19,148 nt of DNA from Nitrospirota bacterium. Lineage in GTDB: Bacteria; Nitrospirota; UBA9217. A program made the position numbers and the translations under genes. Of this stretch, positions 14,277 through 19,148 are shown in pieces. How positions within the stretch are numbered: the first letter of the stretch is position 1; the number at the start of each line of letters is the position of its first letter. Below the pieces are notes generated by a model. The model did no database searches. It had not been told where the DNA came from and was given only the letters and a program-made list of their open reading frames with translations. The stretch is taken from positions 1 to 19,148 of the forward strand of contig CAWIYV010000002.1 of the NCBI GenBank assembly GCA_963840455.1, given 5' to 3'.

Positions 14277-15245
14277 TTACTTTTTCCTCGGCCTCTGCTT
14301 CGGGAACGTACCCGGCGAGGTGATCTCGAGCAGCCTGCGCTGCCGCAGGACCTCCTGTGCCTCGGGCGATGAGAAGCCACCGTGTACGCCGTGGACCGAG
14401 CCCGGGACGCCGTAAAGCTTCATGAACTCCTCGTCCACAAGCATCCACTCCTCGTCCAGTACATCGGAAACGCCGTCCCGCGGCATGGTCACTCTGTTCG
14501 AGCGGACCAGTGTGAGGAACCGGCCGTTCGGCGCCATGAGACCCAGGTCGGCGCAGAACGAATGGGTCGGCCTGCCGAAGTCGAAGTACCAACTGCCCAC
14601 GCGTTCGTACACCTCCTGGTCGAAATAGGCCGCGGCATTCGATCCATCGAACTGGATCCCGGTCACATCATACACGCGGATACAAAGCTTGCTGTCCCAG
14701 CCGAACCACGCCTTTTCCTTCTCCAGCCGGACCTGGGGCAGTTCCCAGTAGCCCAGTGCCATATAGGGATCGCGCGCCAGCAAGGCCATCCGCTCGCCGC
14801 CGTATTCATGCGGGAGCGTGTCATAGGGCATCGGCGGCTTATGCTCAGACGTCCCCGTGTAGTACTTGGCATCGGACACCCGCTCCTGGGCCATGAGCGG
14901 CTCTTCCACGCCCGAAGGCATCTGCCACTCACGCCGGGGCAATGCGTCTTTAACGGGCTTTGCCGCGGCGGCCTTGCGGGTCACGGTCCGTTCTTTCAGT
15001 AATGCCTTAGCGGTGCCCTTTTTCTTCATTGACACGGTCTTGGCCTCTACGGATTTCGTTGCCGACTTCTTGACCGTCTTCCCGACAACAGCTTTCGAGG
15101 TCTTCCTGGCCGCTGTCAATGCGGTCTTGGCAAGGGCCTTTACCATATCCGCCTTTTTCGCCCCCGTAGGCAGGGCAATCTTGTTCTTCCTAGCCAGGGC
15201 TTTGAGCTCTGTGATCGTCATGGACACCAATTCGTTCTTGTTCAT
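14277..15245 (-). CDS. DUF4912 protein with an N-terminal Rho_N-like domain and a Lys/Ala-rich linker
   Basis: ELVSMTITELKALARK...KKADMVKAL (Rho_N-like); LPHEYG..RMALLARDP...YWE, RVYDVT, WYF and RSNRVTMPR (DUF4912); lies next to GH57. Confidence 0.85.
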   Translation of the reverse strand: MNKNELVSMTITELKALARKNKIALPTGAKKADMVKALAKTALTAARKTSKAVVGKTVKKSATKSVEAKTVSMKKKGTAKALLKERTVTRKAAAAKPVKDALPRREWQMPSGVEEPLMAQERVSDAKYYTGTSEHKPPMPYDTLPHEYGGERMALLARDPYMALGYWELPQVRLEKEKAWFGWDSKLCIRVYDVTGIQFDGSNAAAYFDQEVYERVGSWYFDFGRPTHSFCADLGLMAPNGRFLTLVRSNRVTMPRDGVSDVLDEEWMLVDEEFMKLYGVPGSVHGVHGGFSSPEAQEVLRQRRLLEITSPGTFPKQRPRKK

Positions 15246-15292
15246 CTCAAACCCCCTTTCCGGCTTTCTGCCGTCAGATCATCACCAGTTGA

Positions 15293-15321
15293 ACTATAAC
15301 ACAAAATGCCGTGTTAATCAA
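15293..15321 (-). promoter_or_regulatory. Putative sigma70 promoter of the DUF4912 gene
   Basis: TTGATT-17 nt-TATAGT with an extended -10 TG. Confidence 0.6.
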
Positions 15322-15367
15322 ACGCTTTACGGTCCTTCTATCGCTGCCGGAGCGTTGCCCCGGGAAT

Positions 15368-15400
15368 AAAAAAAGGGGCTACGGATGACCCGTAACCCCT
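15368..15400 (-). terminator. Intrinsic terminator of the lipoprotein gene
   Basis: AGGGGTTACGG-GTCAT-CCGTAGCCCCT followed by a T run. Confidence 0.85.
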
Positions 15401-15422
15401 CTGGTGCGATACGTGAGACCGG

Positions 15423-15761
15423 TTATTTCTTGACGGACACCAGAAAGATCGGCGCGCCCATATCGTTCAGGCTAGGTGTAAGATTATAGGTGACCGTTTC
15501 CTTTTTCGTGCTGCCGTCCTTTGCCGCGACCGTGTATTCGACCTTGAACGGCCAGTCGCCCGCAACCTGCGCACCCCGCTCGAGGATCGTGATGGGGGAC
15601 TTCAGGGTGACGCCTTTGGGATCGCCTTCGATCGCGGACTGGATCGCCTTGATGGCATCTTCATCGGTCGGGCCTTTTGAGGACTTGGAGCATGCTGAAA
15701 GGGAAACGACGGACAGTACCACCAACAACAGGAAAGCAATGACTTTTACGCTGGTTCTCAT
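15423..15761 (-). CDS. Hypothetical lipoprotein
   Basis: Signal peptide MRTSVKVIAFLLLVVLSVVS with lipobox LSAC; SD AAGGAG; has its own promoter and terminator. Confidence 0.85.
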   Translation of the reverse strand: MRTSVKVIAFLLLVVLSVVSLSACSKSSKGPTDEDAIKAIQSAIEGDPKGVTLKSPITILERGAQVAGDWPFKVEYTVAAKDGSTKKETVTYNLTPSLNDMGAPIFLVSVKK

Positions 15762-15833
15762 TTTCCACTCCTTGGTAAGAAATGATTACCGGTCAGGTCA
15801 GGCGCCGGTGCTGTCAGTCGCGAAAAACGCAGT

Positions 15834-15862
15834 ATATTAGTACAAGCATACTGAATTGTCAA
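15834..15862 (-). promoter_or_regulatory. Putative sigma70 promoter of the lipoprotein gene
   Basis: TTGACA-17 nt-TAATAT. Confidence 0.6.
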
Positions 15863-15878
15863 TACAAAGTTACGGACG
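15863..15878 (+). repeat. 16-bp target-site duplication, left copy
   Basis: TACAAAGTTACGGACG, identical to 17289-17304. Confidence 0.92.
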
Positions 15879-17288
15879 TGTCAAGCCCAAGCAGAAATGT
15901 CGTATTCTTACCAAAGCAGAAATGTCCTGTTTTAAGAGGTGCTGGACACTGCTGTCTTTTCTTTCTGATCGAGGTTAAGGGGCGCTCTCCACGGATGTGC
16001 CCCTGCCGGCTTTCCCCTATCCCAAGTCTTGTGCAGCTTCAGCGACTCCCTACGTTCTTTTTCCGGCCGGGCAGTAATCTTCTGAAACCTCAAGCGTTGC
16101 CCATTATGCAGAATCCGCATTGAACCATCCGTCCGCTCTTCCACCAACACCTTCTTAGCCCGGATATTGTCTTTGATCTGATAGAGCTTCTTGTCATGAG
16201 CAATGGTGAAGTCATTGCGCAATGCCCGCACGGTCCGAATGGACAATATCCGTTCCAACTCCCTGCGATCTGTAAACGGTCGGTGGAGATCCGTGTCCTT
16301 CGCCGGAGATACCCGATATCTCTGATTGTAGCCAGGCAAGTAGGTTTCCAAAAACGCATTCCCCTCGTCTTTACTTCTGATGCCTGCTAGCCGCATTTCT
16401 TTTATCACCCGGTCCTGAAATGTCCCGAATAACCGCTCCACCCGCCCCTTGGCTTGCGGAGAATAGGCATGGATCACCGTCACGCCGAGTTCCTGAAGGC
16501 TTCTTTCGAACTGGCTCATGAGCTGTCGGCCTTCAAGCTGGTCTTCGATCGTCTGATACTGAACCGGCGCTTTATAGGTCGAATGGCGGTCTAAATACAC
16601 GCTCTGAGGAATGCCGTACTGCCTGATATATCCTTTGAAGCTGTCCATGGCTGGAAGCGTACCTTCGTAATCATAGAACCTGGCGTATACTTCACCGGTG
16701 GCATCGTCCACGTATCCCATCAGTACGCAGGCCGGGCCGCGGCCCTCAAACCAGTCGTGGTGGGAACCGTCCAACTGCACCATGGCGCCCCGGCATGCTT
16801 TCCGTTCCCGCCACTGCCGGTGCGGCCGCCTCTTGCGCTGCCGGTACGGCAACCCTGCCTCAAGAAACCAGGTCCGCAGGGTCTCAACGCTTACCTTGAT
16901 TCAGTTCTTCTCCCGAAGCTTTTCGCTCGCGAGGGTAGGACCAAACTCATGGTAGCGTTCGCGGCAAAGTTCGATTACCGTGTCTTTGACCGTCTCCGCT
17001 ATCTGGTTGTTGGGCTTCCTCCCCCGAGCACAATGGCAAACCCCGGCATCGCCTTCCCTCCTGACACGCCGAATGATCCGCTGCAGCTGTCGAAGGCATA
17101 AACCAGCCATATCTGCCGCCTCTGCTTGGGTTATCCTTTTCTCTACGGCTTTACGAACAAGATGTAACCGCTTTGCTTCCTTCATGCTCATCGTGATAAT
17201 GCCTCTCCCCATCGTGCCCTCCCTTGACGGAAGGACAATACGACATTTCTGCCTGGGAGAAATACGACATTATCACTTTGGAAGAACA
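15879..17288 (-). mobile_element. IS1202-family (ISNCY) insertion sequence, 1410 bp
   Basis: TGT...ACA termini. Imperfect IRs TGTCAAGCCCAAGCAGAAATGTCGTATT and TGTTCTTCCAAAGTGATAATGTCGTATT, each followed by a second GCAGAAATGTC-like copy 24-25 bp inward. 16-bp direct repeats flank a DDE transposase. Confidence 0.92.
15932..17212 (-). pseudogene. IS1202/ISNCY transposase (426 codons) with an in-frame TGA at 16901-16903
   Basis: HTH region ITQAEAA...RQLQR; GPTLASEKLREKN*IKVSVETLRTW continues in the same frame; catalytic QLDGSHHDW, YLDRHS and GRVER motifs. Confidence 0.9.
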
Positions 17289-17304
17289 TACAAAGTTACG
17301 GACG
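17289..17304 (+). repeat. 16-bp target-site duplication, right copy
   Basis: TACAAAGTTACGGACG, identical to 15863-15878. Confidence 0.92.
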
Positions 17305-17374
17305 GTAACGCTCTACTCTTTTCTCTTCTTTCAATATAATAGAGTATATAGGTTGTACGTGAAAACGGACATTT

Positions 17375-17403
17375 TTGACAAACTCCCATAAAAACCTTAT
17401 ACT
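17375..17403 (+). promoter_or_regulatory. Near-consensus sigma70 promoter of fabF
   Basis: TTGACA-17 nt-TATACT, then GCCGGCG, then ATG. Confidence 0.75.
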
Positions 17404-17410
17404 GCCGGCG

Positions 17411-18652
17411 ATGAAGATCCGCGTGGTGATAACAGGAATGGGCGCGATAACGCCGCTCGGGAACGATATACGGGCCCTTTGGAAGGCCCTCGCCCAAGGC
17501 AGGTCGGGCATCAGGCATATCACGAAGTTCGACGCGTCGCAGTTCCCCTCCCGTATCGCCGGCGAGGTCAGGAAATTCGATCCGAGGGATTTCATGGGTG
17601 CGAAAGAAGCGCACCGGACCGATCCGTTCATCCAGTACGCGCTCGCTGCCGCCCTTTTGGCCGTGGAAGATGCCCATTTTTCCGTCACCCCGCACTCAGC
17701 GATCCGCACCGGTGTCCTGGTCGGGTCCGGCCGCGGCGGCGTGGCGACGAACGAGAAGAACATGGCCGCCTTCCTCGCGAAGGACCACCGCGCCGTCTCG
17801 CCCTATTACACGCCCATGACGCTCGTGAACATGGCATCAGGCGCCGTAGCTATGAAGGTGGGCGCGAAAGGCCCGTGCCTCGACGTGTCCACCGCCTGCG
17901 CAACGGGGACCCACGCGGTCGGCGAGGCCATGAAGATCATCCAGCGTGGAGACGCGGACGTGATGATCGCCGGAGGTACCGAGGCCGCGCTCACGCCGCT
18001 CGTGCTCGCGGGTTTCTGCCAGGCGAAAGCGCTGTCCCGGCGGAACGACGAGCCCGAGAGGGCAAGCAGGCCTTTTGACCGGGACCGCGACGGGTTCGTA
18101 CTTGCAGAAGGCGCCGGGGTCCTCATCCTCGAGGAACTGCGGAATGCGGAAAGACGCGGTGCGGACATCTACGCTGAACTGGCGGGATACGGGCTAACCT
18201 CCGACGCCTTCCATTATACCCGGCCCGATCCCGACGGCGACGGAGCCGCGCGCGCCATGTCCCTGGCATTGGCCGACGCGGGAATGCGGACAGAGGAGAT
18301 CGACTACCTCAATGCCCACGGGACCTCGACCATATCGAACGATGCCATCGAGACGCTCGCCATCAAGCGGGCGTTCGGGGCCCATGCGAAAAAGCTTTTC
18401 GTGAGTTCCGTGAAATCCATGCTTGGCCACATGCTCGGCGCTGCGGGCGCTGTCGAGGCGGCCGTGACCGCGCTCGCGGTCCGTGACGGAATCATCCCGC
18501 CTACCATCAACCTGGAGCACCCGGATCCTGCGTGCGACCTCGACTATGTGCCGAACGCCGCGAGAACGCAGTCAGTCGGTGCGGCCCTCTCCAACTCCCT
18601 CGGATTTGGAGGGACCAATGCCGCGCTGGTGATCCGGCGACCGGGGTCGTGA
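17411..18652 (+). CDS. fabF: Beta-ketoacyl-ACP synthase II
   Basis: MKIRVVITGMG, STACATG (Cys), NAHGTST (His), GHMLGAAG (His) and SNSLGFGGTNA motifs. The ORF-track TTG start at 17375 is the -35 box. Confidence 0.93.
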   Translation: MKIRVVITGMGAITPLGNDIRALWKALAQGRSGIRHITKFDASQFPSRIAGEVRKFDPRDFMGAKEAHRTDPFIQYALAAALLAVEDAHFSVTPHSAIRTGVLVGSGRGGVATNEKNMAAFLAKDHRAVSPYYTPMTLVNMASGAVAMKVGAKGPCLDVSTACATGTHAVGEAMKIIQRGDADVMIAGGTEAALTPLVLAGFCQAKALSRRNDEPERASRPFDRDRDGFVLAEGAGVLILEELRNAERRGADIYAELAGYGLTSDAFHYTRPDPDGDGAARAMSLALADAGMRTEEIDYLNAHGTSTISNDAIETLAIKRAFGAHAKKLFVSSVKSMLGHMLGAAGAVEAAVTALAVRDGIIPPTINLEHPDPACDLDYVPNAARTQSVGAALSNSLGFGGTNAALVIRRPGS

Positions 18653-18678
18653 CCGCCGAACACATGACAGGAGGTTCT

Positions 18679-19104
18679 ATGACAGGAACAAAGCTCTTTC
18701 AGAAGAAAGCACGGGTCTACCTGCTCCTCGCGCTCTACGGGATGCTGGCCCTGCTCGGAATCGCGTTCAGCGCCGTACTGATCAAACGGAACCAGGACCC
18801 GTCGGCGGCGGCGGGCTTCATGGTCGTCTTCGGCGTGGGAATGTGCATCCAGACCTATCTGAAAAGCAGGAAGCCCGTTGTGGTGGTGCAGGAGCAACAG
18901 CTGGAGTTGAACCAGACCAACCGGCCCGAGTACGTCCGCTACAAGGACATCACCAGCGTGGAGCAGCGGGACGCGGGGCAGATCGTTCTGAAGGTGCGGG
19001 ACGGCCATACGCCCCGGAAGGTGATCATTTACGGAAAGTATCTAGAGAAGAAGGATGCGGAACAGCTTGCCGAATTCCTCGGCAAGAAGGGGTGGAAGCA
19101 CTGA
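18679..19104 (+). CDS. Hypothetical membrane protein (two TM helices plus a beta-rich, possibly bacterial PH-like domain)
   Basis: SD AGGAGG before ATG 18679; two hydrophobic segments followed by PVVVVQEQQLEL...YVRYKDITSVE. Confidence 0.7.
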   Translation: MTGTKLFQKKARVYLLLALYGMLALLGIAFSAVLIKRNQDPSAAAGFMVVFGVGMCIQTYLKSRKPVVVVQEQQLELNQTNRPEYVRYKDITSVEQRDAGQIVLKVRDGHTPRKVIIYGKYLEKKDAEQLAEFLGKKGWKH

Positions 19105-19148
19105 CGGTCACGCGCCGGCGGCCACCCGTGTATCCGGCTTGAACTTGG

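Noticed and set aside
15856-15884. Hybrid promoter from the outward-facing TTGACA at the IS end
   Set aside because: No acceptable -10 hexamer at 16-18 nt spacing in the flank.
16870-16903. Selenocysteine or alternative genetic code at the transposase TGA
   Set aside because: No convincing SECIS hairpin follows, the position is non-catalytic, and TGA is a normal stop for other genes here (DUF294, GH57, glcD, fabF).
18532-18678. Longer start for the last ORF
   Set aside because: It overlaps fabF, and the SD-supported ATG is at 18679.

Overview
GC-rich bacterial chromosomal region with genes mostly on the minus strand. It has four parts. (1) An acetate uptake/activation locus at 281-9265 behind a predicted sigma54 promoter: cNMP-CBS-CBS-DUF294 nucleotidyltransferase, DEDDh exonuclease, DUF4212 small subunit, ActP/VC_2705-type sodium:solute symporter, YggT-like protein, CPA1 antiporter and acetyl-CoA synthetase (acs, interrupted by one extra base). 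(2) A cluster at 9753-15245: Rho_N/DUF4912 protein, GH57 branching enzyme, GlcD-like FAD oxidase, an L,D-transpeptidase and a Cys-to-Ala dead paralogue of it. (3) A lipoprotein gene and a 1410-bp IS1202-family (ISNCY) element with a 16-bp target duplication and an in-frame TGA in its transposase. (4) A probably leaderless fabF and a small membrane protein on the plus strand. The best leads are a possible writer/eraser nucleotidylation switch on acetate uptake, the active/pseudo L,D-transpeptidase pair, and a family of ACC(A/G)C-headed 8-9-nt-periodic inverted repeats, some copies of which appear to encode the transpeptidase signal peptide. Family names come from motif recognition only; no database searches were run.
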